Below are positions 29,985 through 38,741 of a stretch of 64,000 bases of DNA, piece by piece. Position numbers and translations under genes: made by a program. This DNA comes from Candidatus Aenigmatarchaeota archaeon (GTDB lineage Archaea > Aenigmatarchaeota > Aenigmatarchaeia > Aenigmatarchaeales > Aenigmatarchaeaceae). The notes beneath the pieces are model-generated. The model saw nothing but the letters and a program-made list of their open reading frames with translations. It was not told where the DNA came from and made no database searches. Position 1 is the stretch's first letter. Each line of letters starts with the position of its first letter. The stretch lies in the NCBI GenBank assembly GCA_043814985.1, contig JBDRJK010000011.1, positions 10,710-74,709 of the forward strand. The letters are read 5' to 3'.

Positions 29985-30119
29985 TTATTGACTGAACAGT
30001 CCGAGTCTTCTTACTGCATCTCTGACAGCCTCGGACCTGTTAGGGTAAATGCCCTGTTCAATTAATTGATCAATCTTCTCTATCAATTCTCTTGTCAGCC
30101 TGATTTGTATTGGGTGCAT
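29985..30119 (-). CDS. ribbon-helix-helix (CopG-like) protein, 44 aa
   Basis: Not in ORF track; MHPIQIRLTRELIEKIDQLIEQGIYPNRSEAVRDAVRRLGLFSQ; RHH beta-strand + 'NRSEAVRDAVR' helix. Confidence 0.55.
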   Translation of the reverse strand: MHPIQIRLTRELIEKIDQLIEQGIYPNRSEAVRDAVRRLGLFSQ

Positions 30120-30329
30120 TTAATCACTTTAGAAAACTTGGACAGAAAAGGATTTAAGCTTGAATTTTTTTTGTGCTTCTATAAGTTTTCTTATAAAAGT
30201 GCGTAATTTGTAGGACAAGTGTTAGACAAACGTAGTTGATGCGTAATGCTGGAAAAGCAATAAATAGTTTCAGTTACCATTAATCTTTGTGTGTTTTACA
30301 CAAAAAAATATTCTATGTGAGGTGAGTAA

Positions 30330-31406
30330 ATGAGTTTAGTTAGTAAAAGATTGAAAGGTAGTTCCGGCGCTGTCAAGGGCGCAATTGTTCTACTCACACT
30401 CGCGTTCATAGTTGCTAGCGTGAGCTATGTAATACCTGCTTTGGCTGTTCATAGTTCATCTGCTGTAATCAGTCCAGAATGGGTTATACCAAGTTCTGAA
30501 TACACATTCACCATAAATGTAACACATACTTATGTTGGCGGTGACGCCATAAGGGAAGTTAGAATATACAATAATACGCCAGGACATGAGGGTTTTGTTT
30601 GCGGTGTTGCTCCTTCTGGATGGTGGCTTATTGACCAAACAGGAACTTCTAATTACTGCCAATACCAAACAAACACCAATTGGCTTTATTATGATGATTT
30701 TGAAGACTTTACTTTCAAGGCAACAATGATTCAGGCCGAATGTACTTTGGTCACATGTTCTCATCTTTTTAGAACATCAACAATAGATATCAAGGAACCA
30801 CAAGGAGAGTTGTTCTATAATCTACCTGAAGTAAAGGTTGATTGTTTTGATCCTATAACAACAAAAACATATGGGGATCCTAAAAAACTTTTAGATGAAC
30901 ATTGGATTAATTCTTCAACGCCAATAACACTCACAGCAACAGATAATAAGGACTGTGATTCTGGTGTTGATTACATAAAGTATAGGTACTGTCTTGATTC
31001 CGGCTGTTATGAAGGCGAACCATGTGACTGTAGGGATGATCCTTGGACTACAGTAGATGACTATACAGATACATTCACAATTCCAGAAGATTCTGAACAC
31101 TGTATAGAATTTTATGCTGTAGACAATGTAGGTAATGATGAAAAGATAAAATCGCAGTGTGTTTTTGTTGACAATCAACCGCCTTATTCTGTTAAGGAAG
31201 TTGGTGATCCAAAGCTCCCACAGGATATAGAGGAAGAAGGTAGCGGAGATGCAGGATGGTCGACAGAAGGAGAATATAATTCACCGACCCATTCAGCAAA
31301 GCTTTATGTTGCAAACGGAGGAAATGACTGGGCTGGAGTTGATATAGAAGTTGATAAAGCTTTAAAAGATATTACTGAATTATCATTTTGGGAGAAAGTA
31401 GCATGA
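30330..31406 (+). CDS. N-terminal segment (signal peptide + first Ig-like Cys-rich repeat) of giant surface protein; interrupted
   Basis: Signal peptide 'AIVLLTLAFIVASVSYVIPALA'; repeat 'ITLTATDNKDCDSGVDYIKYRY...CIEFYAVDNVGNDE...QCVFVDNQPP'; ends at TGA 31404-31406 with downstream ORF open in +1 frame. Confidence 0.6.
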   Translation: MSLVSKRLKGSSGAVKGAIVLLTLAFIVASVSYVIPALAVHSSSAVISPEWVIPSSEYTFTINVTHTYVGGDAIREVRIYNNTPGHEGFVCGVAPSGWWLIDQTGTSNYCQYQTNTNWLYYDDFEDFTFKATMIQAECTLVTCSHLFRTSTIDIKEPQGELFYNLPEVKVDCFDPITTKTYGDPKKLLDEHWINSSTPITLTATDNKDCDSGVDYIKYRYCLDSGCYEGEPCDCRDDPWTTVDDYTDTFTIPEDSEHCIEFYAVDNVGNDEKIKSQCVFVDNQPPYSVKEVGDPKLPQDIEEEGSGDAGWSTEGEYNSPTHSAKLYVANGGNDWAGVDIEVDKALKDITELSFWEKVA

Positions 31407-31422
31407 TGACACATTCGTAGAA

Positions 31423-34400
31423 ATGGATGGGGCATTGGGACCGCTAGGCAGTACATTTGACTGGACAAAGATAGATGCTCTTGCTACACCAAGATGGTGG
31501 ACACCTAATGCTGGTGGAGATGGTTTATCTGGAGCTGGATATGGTTATACTGTACCACCTGCTCTCTATGATACATTCACCAATCTTTTGACTAAAATTG
31601 ATGACGGAACTTGGGATACGAATATTCCTGACACCAATGTGAAAGTAAAACTAATAAAACTAGTTATAGGTGGCTCAGGAAGTTGGATGAATGAAACAGC
31701 ATTTGTAGATGATTTAAGTTTGAATAATGTCATCATAATGTCTGAACCACCAGAATATTGGGTAACTCAAAATACATCAATAACATTGGATTGTGTAGAT
31801 CCAGAGCCTCATCCAGTTGATCAAGAAACTTTGTGCTATAGAGTATCTTTACACGATGATGGATTGGAGTATATAACAAACAATCCAGGTAAATATTGTG
31901 ACACCTTCGGAGGAACAAAAGACGAAGATTGGTGTTGTGTAAATGTTGGTGTCAACCCACTACCAATTCATTTCTTAGAAGATTCACACCATAACCTGGA
32001 ATACTTCTGTGAAGACTATCTTGGCAATACAGAAAGTCCATTTAATATACAGTGGTATTATGTTGATACTGTACCGCCAGCAACGACCAAAACATATGAG
32101 CCTGGTGTGTATGTAGACGGAAATACAGAGTATGCAGACACTGTTCATAGAGTAATATTGGAATCAGATGACGTAGGCGATATTTGTGTAATTGGTTTGG
32201 ATGAAATATATTATAGGGTCAGAGTTTTGAAGAACCCGAACAACTGGCATTACTGTTATGACGGTTGTGACGGATGGAACGGAATACCAGACCATTTGGA
32301 AGCTTTCCAAGCAACCCCATGGTTAACCTATGATGTGCCATTCGGTTTGCCAGAGGAATCTTGTAACGTTATTGAATATTATGCTGTAGACAGTTTAGGA
32401 AACGAAGAAACAGTTAAAAGACAGTGTGTATTCTATGATGCAACAGACCCAGTGACTGAAAAGAGTTATGGAGAGCCATTCTTCAGTCCTGATGGAAATG
32501 TTACAAAGTGGATAAACACAAGTACTGAAATAACCCTTGCTGCAACAGACCCCGAACCACATCCTTCTGGTGTTAAGGAAACAAATTATAGAGTAACATT
32601 ACTAGGAAGCAATGAGGCATGTGAAAGTAATAGTAGATGCCAAGAAATAAAAATAGATGGGGGTGGTTGGACACCATATACGGTCCCATTTACAATTGGA
32701 GAAGAATCATGCCATTTGATTGAATATTATAGCGTTGATAATGTCGATAAAGATGAGGACATAAATAGGCAGTGTGTATTTGTTGAAGACACAGCACCAA
32801 CTATTTTGGAAAAGACAGTCGGTCAGCCAAGTTTTGAGAGAGAAGGAAAGACTTACATATCAGGCCAGAGTCCAATAACCATGAGATGTGAGGATCGGGG
32901 AGACCACCCAGTAGATTATGTCTCAATGTGGTACAGATACAGGGTGAGTGATGACTGTGCAACGTGGGGACCTTGGATTACAGACGGTTGCCAGGATCAA
33001 GTTGTGAACGGATGGTGTGATCCAACAGGACAAGGTGTAGTTGAAAAGACAATATACTTCCCACAAGACTCCTGCCATGAATTAGAATACTATTGTGTGG
33101 ACGCACTAGGCAACGAGGCACAGCATGAATTCGAGATTGATGTTGTTGACAATCAGGCACCTGAAATAGAAAAAATAATAGTCGGTCCGCAATGGGGAGA
33201 CTGTCCACCTGGAGAAGGTGATACATGCTTTGTTGACAGTGCAACCGAGATAATTGTTAATGCAAGCGATCCAGAGCCACATCCAGCAGGTGAAGTGCTT
33301 TGTGATTGGAATGTTGTTGTAAAGAATGTTGCAGGAGCAGAGATTGACAGTTATGGAGATAGTGGAATTACTCCACCATTCCCAATAACCTTCCCAGAAG
33401 AATCGTTCCACGAATTAACAATAGATTGTTATGATAGACTTGGAAATAATGCATACGATTTTGAAGTTTTCGAAGCTGATCATACATCACCTTTAATTTT
33501 GAAGAGTTACAATCCAGAAGAAATATATCGCGAAGGCAATGGATGGTGGGCAGAGTGGATAGACTCAGATACAGAAATAAACATTGAAGTAACTGACGAT
33601 GGAGATCATAAATCAGGAATTAAAGAAGTCAAGTATCGTTATACAAGACAAGACAATGATGAATATTGTAACTACACTGTTGAAGACCAATATGAGTGTG
33701 AAGATGCAGTCGGAACTGGTGTTTGGACATATGTTGACCCAGCAGATTTTGATGACTTTACTTTCCAAATACCACAAGACTCATGTCACTTAATTGAAAT
33801 AGTAGCAACAGACAATGTAGATAAAGAAAATTATCATAAACAGTGTGTATACGTTGACAATCAAGGACCAGACCCATTGAAAGAAGTATATGATCCAAAA
33901 GCAATGTGGACTCCAGGTATAGACGGAGATCAACCAAGTTACTTCTATCCTGAAGAAACTGCACATTGTTGGGATGGAACAGAGTTTTCAATAGACTGCT
34001 GGAAAGTTACAATGATGACAAGAATATCTCTTGACTGCGAAGACAAGCAGCCACACCCAGTTGATCATGAAGGCGTTTGCTTCAAAGTTGGTTTGGATGG
34101 AGAAGACGCAACTGAAGAATACTGTAACAGCAATGAAGAAGTATCCTGTGTCTTAGATTGCACTGATAACGAAAATGACATCAAGGGAGAAATGATTGAT
34201 GGTTGGTGTTGTGTCGATGGTACAATAGAAAACTTTTATTTCCAAGAAGAAACAGAGCACAACCTAAAGTATTATTGTACTGATGCTTTAGGAAATGTAG
34301 GACCAGAAGACGAAGAGAAGTTCAAGGTTGAAGGAACAACATTTGAAATACCATTGTACAAGAAGTGGAACTTGATATCAGTGCCATTTGTATTATTGGA

Positions 34401-35055
34401 CGACGACCCAGAAGTGGTATTCAATAATGTAAAAGAAAACATAATATCAGTCTGGGCATATGACGGAGACAAGGTATTATGTGGTCAAGAGTGGTGCGTA
34501 TGGACACCAGGAGATGGTCCAGATAATCTAAGAATAATACCAGGTTGGGGTTATTGGGTATTGACAAACCTGACAGAAGAACCAGTAGAGGTATTGATTG
34601 GAGGAAGCTTGTTCAGTCCAAGAACAACGCCACCAAGCAGGGATTTGGTTTCAGGATGGAACCTGATTGGTTACTATGGAACAAGTTGGGAACTGTATGA
34701 ATGTGGAGACTTTGAGCCAACATGCAGACCAGGAATCAATTGGTTCCCAGGCAAGTACATATACGGAGACCAAGTATACTGCGCCTTGAACTCGCTGGTA
34801 GACACACAAGAAGGATATCCAAGATGGAGTTCATTGTGGAGTTACATAAGCTGTGGAAGTCACACTGCATATTGGTTAGGATTGAACACATGTGCAGACC
34901 CAGATAGTCCACTACAATCAAACCTTGACAGAATGTATGCAGGTCGTGGATACTGGTTAGAGTTGGATGTAGCAGACATGTATGCACCAGCAACAACTTG
35001 TCTATGGAACAGTGACTATGAATGCAGATGGTCAGGCGGCGGAATAATACCTTAG
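31423..35055 (+). CDS. giant Cys-rich surface protein, >=7 Ig-like repeat modules plus Trp-rich C-terminal domain (continuation of 30330 ORF)
   Basis: 1210 aa; modules 'TLDCVDPEPHP...YRV...EESCHxIEYYxVDxxGNxE...QCVFVD'; no own signal peptide. Confidence 0.7.
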   Translation: MDGALGPLGSTFDWTKIDALATPRWWTPNAGGDGLSGAGYGYTVPPALYDTFTNLLTKIDDGTWDTNIPDTNVKVKLIKLVIGGSGSWMNETAFVDDLSLNNVIIMSEPPEYWVTQNTSITLDCVDPEPHPVDQETLCYRVSLHDDGLEYITNNPGKYCDTFGGTKDEDWCCVNVGVNPLPIHFLEDSHHNLEYFCEDYLGNTESPFNIQWYYVDTVPPATTKTYEPGVYVDGNTEYADTVHRVILESDDVGDICVIGLDEIYYRVRVLKNPNNWHYCYDGCDGWNGIPDHLEAFQATPWLTYDVPFGLPEESCNVIEYYAVDSLGNEETVKRQCVFYDATDPVTEKSYGEPFFSPDGNVTKWINTSTEITLAATDPEPHPSGVKETNYRVTLLGSNEACESNSRCQEIKIDGGGWTPYTVPFTIGEESCHLIEYYSVDNVDKDEDINRQCVFVEDTAPTILEKTVGQPSFEREGKTYISGQSPITMRCEDRGDHPVDYVSMWYRYRVSDDCATWGPWITDGCQDQVVNGWCDPTGQGVVEKTIYFPQDSCHELEYYCVDALGNEAQHEFEIDVVDNQAPEIEKIIVGPQWGDCPPGEGDTCFVDSATEIIVNASDPEPHPAGEVLCDWNVVVKNVAGAEIDSYGDSGITPPFPITFPEESFHELTIDCYDRLGNNAYDFEVFEADHTSPLILKSYNPEEIYREGNGWWAEWIDSDTEINIEVTDDGDHKSGIKEVKYRYTRQDNDEYCNYTVEDQYECEDAVGTGVWTYVDPADFDDFTFQIPQDSCHLIEIVATDNVDKENYHKQCVYVDNQGPDPLKEVYDPKAMWTPGIDGDQPSYFYPEETAHCWDGTEFSIDCWKVTMMTRISLDCEDKQPHPVDHEGVCFKVGLDGEDATEEYCNSNEEVSCVLDCTDNENDIKGEMIDGWCCVDGTIENFYFQEETEHNLKYYCTDALGNVGPEDEEKFKVEGTTFEIPLYKKWNLISVPFVLLDDDPEVVFNNVKENIISVWAYDGDKVLCGQEWCVWTPGDGPDNLRIIPGWGYWVLTNLTEEPVEVLIGGSLFSPRTTPPSRDLVSGWNLIGYYGTSWELYECGDFEPTCRPGINWFPGKYIYGDQVYCALNSLVDTQEGYPRWSSLWSYISCGSHTAYWLGLNTCADPDSPLQSNLDRMYAGRGYWLELDVADMYAPATTCLWNSDYECRWSGGGIIP

Positions 35056-35226
35056 TAAAAACGCTGCCCTTTCCTTTATTTTTATTTGATCAAAGGTGAG
35101 AATCTTGAACAGAAAAGTTATGTATATGGCAATTACGCTTGCATATGGAATGGGGGCTTTAATTGCGCCGAAAATAATAGTTAAGCTTTTATCCTTTTCG
35201 GCTTAACTATAAGCAGGTAATAAAAA

Positions 35227-35982
35227 ATGAACCAAAAATTGATGTTGACTACATTTGTTGGTATTATGTTACTTTCTAATTTAGTTTTGGCAGTGCCAAT
35301 CGCCCATCAATTTTATGGCAATGTCAGTATTAACGGAAGTCCAGCTCCGGATGGAACAACTGTTGTTGCTAAAATAGACGGAACAGAGGTTGGAAGCACA
35401 ACAACTAAAGGTGGAAAGTATGGTTATGACCCAGTATTCATAATATCACTTTCTTCTATACAATCTGGAAGAACAATTAATTTTTTTGTTAATGGAAATC
35501 AAGCAAATGAAAACTTTCAATCTTGTTATGATTTTGCTTGTAGCACAGAATTAGATTTAACAGCTACAGGTGAAACAACTTCTGGCACTACAACAACTAC
35601 TACAGGCGGCGGAGCTCCTAGCGGTGGCGGTTCCACACCATCAACAGAAACCACAACTGAAACAACCGAAACTACAGAAGAGGGTTGCCAGGAGAGATGG
35701 ACTTGTTCAGACTGGGGAGCATGTGAGAACGGCATCCAGACAAGAGTTTGTGAAGACATAAACAACTGCGGAACAAACAGTGGAGAACCGTTCTCATCTC
35801 AGCCATGTGCAACTGTTGGAGAGGAAGCAGAAGCATCAGTTGGACCATCAGGATTCTTCCTACTAACGCCGACCAACCTGTTGATAGGGTCAGTTGTTTT
35901 AATAATAGTCGCGGCAATCACAATCTTTCTATTAAGAAGAAAATCCGAAAACATCGTACTGCCGCCCAAAGCGCTTCTTTAA
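35227..35982 (+). CDS. secreted Thr-rich protein with TSP1-like Cys motif and C-terminal TM anchor
   Basis: Signal peptide; 'TTTTTTGGG...TETTETTE' linker; 'CQERWTCSDWGACENGIQTRVCEDINNCG'; C-terminal TM + 'RRK'. Confidence 0.55.
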   Translation: MNQKLMLTTFVGIMLLSNLVLAVPIAHQFYGNVSINGSPAPDGTTVVAKIDGTEVGSTTTKGGKYGYDPVFIISLSSIQSGRTINFFVNGNQANENFQSCYDFACSTELDLTATGETTSGTTTTTTGGGAPSGGGSTPSTETTTETTETTEEGCQERWTCSDWGACENGIQTRVCEDINNCGTNSGEPFSSQPCATVGEEAEASVGPSGFFLLTPTNLLIGSVVLIIVAAITIFLLRRKSENIVLPPKALL

Positions 35983-36049
35983 AATTTATTCTGTAGTGCT
36001 TGCGTAATGTCAGATAGGCATAAAACTTTTTCCTACTAATTAAAAGTGA

Positions 36050-36802
36050 ATGTCCAAGAAAAATAAGTTTCTCTTTATAATAGTATTGTCGATAGTTTTG
36101 TCGTCTTCGTTAGCCTATGCTATGATAAATTTCCCAGACTTCAAGATCTTCCCGACAATATACGATGAGATAATGCCGAATGAATTGCTTGAGGAGCTGA
36201 AGATTATTGACAGGCTGTCTTTCGTCAAGCTGGCCCAGCACGGCTACAGCCACGGCACAAATGAAAGCCGCCTTGATGTTTTGAAAGGCTACAAGATTCT
36301 GGAATACGATTACGGCTTGGACATAGAATACTATATCCCGCCTTATGATATTCCCCATGCATTCCCCGTGCCCGAAAAAATTTTCTACATACCGGAAAAG
36401 GCCGAGGGCATATACTATGAAAAGGAGAAGATGGACTACGGCCAGTCTTCAGTTGATGATAAATGGACAATGGCCATCCATATTCAGAACGAGATAAACA
36501 CTACTTGGCTGGACGAGATATCAGAGGGAAAGGAGATTGATTACTTCCGTATTGATGACATCAACACGGACATAGTTGATGTAGATACCCAAAAAAACAG
36601 GATATACACCATGATCAACTTCTGCGGCTATAAGAACTGCACCCTTGTTCTGGGTATCATTCCTGTTGTTCCTAGGATGCAGGAGTCGGACAAAAGCTAC
36701 CTTTTCTTCAACAAGGCAATGATAGCCTTGGGCATAATGATGATACTCCCCATATACCTTTTCTACTTTTTGAGTTACCAGTTCCATTGGTGGTTAAAAT
36801 GA
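36050..36802 (+). CDS. membrane-anchored extracytoplasmic protein, weak polysaccharide-deacetylase-like (DUF2334-like 'HGYSH')
   Basis: N-terminal signal/TM, C-terminal TM; 16-nt overlap with GT2 gene. Confidence 0.3.
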   Translation: MSKKNKFLFIIVLSIVLSSSLAYAMINFPDFKIFPTIYDEIMPNELLEELKIIDRLSFVKLAQHGYSHGTNESRLDVLKGYKILEYDYGLDIEYYIPPYDIPHAFPVPEKIFYIPEKAEGIYYEKEKMDYGQSSVDDKWTMAIHIQNEINTTWLDEISEGKEIDYFRIDDINTDIVDVDTQKNRIYTMINFCGYKNCTLVLGIIPVVPRMQESDKSYLFFNKAMIALGIMMILPIYLFYFLSYQFHWWLK

Positions 36803-37845
36803 ATAATGTATCAAGCATCATAATACCGGTCTATAATGAAGAGAAGATTATCATGAATATGCTCAAAAAGAATGTCAAGGTTTTTGAAAACAGCAATATG
36901 GACATCAAGGAGATAATCGTGGTTGATGACGGTTCCATTGACAACTCAAAGAAGGAGATTAAGAGATTCATAAGGGATTACAAAGGCAATATTGACATCA
37001 GGCTGATTCCCCACACAACAAACATGGGAAAGGCCCAGGCTCTTAACACGGGGATAAGGCACGCCAATGGGGAATACGTTCTCTTGTCTGATTCGGACTC
37101 TTTCATGGATGTTGAGGCGCCTGAAAAGATTATTCTGAAGATGAGAGAGACAGGGGCTTCATGTATTGTAGGACATGTTGTGCCTGCTCAGAACACCCTT
37201 CTGACGCGCCTGCAGAGGATGGAGTATGACTTTGACCAAAAGGTAATAAGAAGGGTGCAGTCCCTGTACACCAACGTGATATCAATTCCAGGACCGCTGT
37301 ATTTCACCAAAAAGAGCATTGTTGAAAAGATAAAATTCGACAAGTACAGCATTGTCGAGGATTTCAAGATCGGGATTGAGATGAACAAGAAGAGGCAAAG
37401 GATAGTCCCGACTGATGCCGTGGTATACTCTTATGCCCCTACCAACTTTTCGCAGCTCAGGAAGCAGAGGCTCAGATGGTTCGGGGGAGTATTGAAGGAG
37501 ACCCTGAGAAACAAGGATGTCTGGAAGACCAACCCGTTCTATTTTTCCAACGTGCTGATGTGCTTCACGTCGTTCTTCTTCACCATATCAACCGTAACTT
37601 TGTTTGGCCTGATGCTTTACTTCGCTACAAACCTGCCCAACCTGCTGGTAAACTTCGTGCTGTTCTTCCTTTTCTTCTGCTTTACAATTTCAGCTGTTTA
37701 TGCCCTGTCTATAAGAAGGTTCGAGTTGGACACTTTCCTGGCATTCCCGCTCTATCTGACCTTCTTGTTCATAGTCAGGACAGAGGTTGTCATAAAAGTT
37801 GTTTTGAACAGGAAGTTCGTTTGGGGGACAAGGGAATACCGTTAA
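36787..37845 (+). CDS. family-2 glycosyltransferase, processive synthase type (QxxRW)
   Basis: 'VVDDGSID', 'LLSDSDSF' DxD, 'QRLRWFGG'; 4 C-terminal TM helices. Confidence 0.8.
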   Translation: MVVKMNNVSSIIIPVYNEEKIIMNMLKKNVKVFENSNMDIKEIIVVDDGSIDNSKKEIKRFIRDYKGNIDIRLIPHTTNMGKAQALNTGIRHANGEYVLLSDSDSFMDVEAPEKIILKMRETGASCIVGHVVPAQNTLLTRLQRMEYDFDQKVIRRVQSLYTNVISIPGPLYFTKKSIVEKIKFDKYSIVEDFKIGIEMNKKRQRIVPTDAVVYSYAPTNFSQLRKQRLRWFGGVLKETLRNKDVWKTNPFYFSNVLMCFTSFFFTISTVTLFGLMLYFATNLPNLLVNFVLFFLFFCFTISAVYALSIRRFELDTFLAFPLYLTFLFIVRTEVVIKVVLNRKFVWGTREYR

Positions 37846-38165
37846 TCAGTAGTGTTTCCCTTTAGGAGAATTTCAATTATCTGCGGCAAAGAATTGTTTA
37901 TTGTATTGACAATATTCTCCAGTATCCTGTTGAACAAATAGCCCAATGCACTGTTCGCCCTTTCTGCCAGAACATTAGTGATGTTAGTACCTTCAAACAA
38001 ATCCAAGATATCAGAGACCCTGGTCTGGTTGAACACGGTTATGTTGGGAAGCCCCCTGATGGTGATGTTGGGGATCCTTATGGTTATGTTGGGAATAGTT
38101 ATACCTTGGGCCATCACAACAGGAGAAAGTAGCAGGAACACCGCAAAAACCAGAAAGGCTTTCAT
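37842..38165 (-). CDS. small secreted protein with 'IPNITIR' repeats and many N-x-T sequons
   Basis: Signal peptide 'MKAFLVFAVFLLLSPVVMAQG'. Confidence 0.45.
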   Translation of the reverse strand: MKAFLVFAVFLLLSPVVMAQGITIPNITIRIPNITIRGLPNITVFNQTRVSDILDLFEGTNITNVLAERANSALGYLFNRILENIVNTINNSLPQIIEILLKGNTTD

Positions 38166-38236
38166 GAAGAATAGATTAAATTTTCAACTTAAATATTTAT
38201 CAAGTTTTAATACTGCTTTATTTCCTACGGGTCAGT

Positions 38237-38253
38237 GATTAAGTATTTAAAAC
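38237..38253 (+). promoter_or_regulatory. BRE/TATA promoter element 'gattaagtatttaaaac' ~25 nt upstream of ATG 38273 (leaderless)
   Basis: Archaeal TATA 'tatttaaa'; identical 16-mer reused at 38726. Confidence 0.4.
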
Positions 38254-38272
38254 TTACTGTTTAATTGCTCTT

Positions 38273-38698
38273 ATGAATAAGATATCCTTGAGAATTATTG
38301 AGCCTGTTGACAAGAACAATGATCTTGGAATAATGGCAAGGCTCATACCCGAAGTAAGGATAATATGCTCGAACCAGATAAGGGCGGGCATTCTTCATTT
38401 AATGGTCAACTCTCCGGAGACAATGCACTCCATGAGCGTTGAGAACATGTGTTTTAAACTGGGGATAAGACAGTCTGTTGCCATCCATCACTTGGAAAGG
38501 ATGATTGAGTGGAGGCTGATCGAGGTCAAGAAGAACCAGAGGTACGGCAACAAGACCAGAAGGAGCATATGGGGTCTGAACCTTAAGCATCCCAACTGGA
38601 TAACAGAATGCTACAAGAGCGTAAGGTCACACTTTTTCTCAGAAAAAGAGCTTGACAAGATAACAAACATAAACAAAAGCCTTAGAATTTACAGCTAA
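38273..38698 (+). CDS. putative wHTH transcriptional regulator
   Basis: 141 aa; 'AGILHLMVNSPETMHSMSVENMCFKLGIRQSVAIHHLERMIEWRLIEV' HTH-like. Confidence 0.35.
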   Translation: MNKISLRIIEPVDKNNDLGIMARLIPEVRIICSNQIRAGILHLMVNSPETMHSMSVENMCFKLGIRQSVAIHHLERMIEWRLIEVKKNQRYGNKTRRSIWGLNLKHPNWITECYKSVRSHFFSEKELDKITNINKSLRIYS

Positions 38699-38725
38699 TG
38701 TCGTATTCTTGTACAAGGAAAATCC

Positions 38726-38741
38726 GATTAAGTATTTAAAC
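38726..38741 (+). promoter_or_regulatory. second copy of promoter box 'gattaagtatttaaac' upstream of a ~200-nt leader/ncRNA candidate
   Basis: Identical 16-mer to 38237; followed by GC-rich palindromic block 38851..38940. Confidence 0.35.

Noticed and set aside
33106-33411. 101-aa and 88-aa minus ORFs inside the giant surface protein gene
   Set aside because: Antisense to a strongly repeat-structured coding frame; Cys/Trp-rich nonsense composition.
35526-35917. ORFs on both strands overlapping the Thr-rich linker of the 35227 gene
   Set aside because: Generated by the repetitive ACN codon run; the + frame with signal peptide and TM anchor is the coherent one.
36110-36787. Minus-strand ORFs (81-88 aa) inside the deacetylase-like gene
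   Set aside because: Fully contained antisense ORFs with no motifs; the + frame has signal peptide and TM topology.
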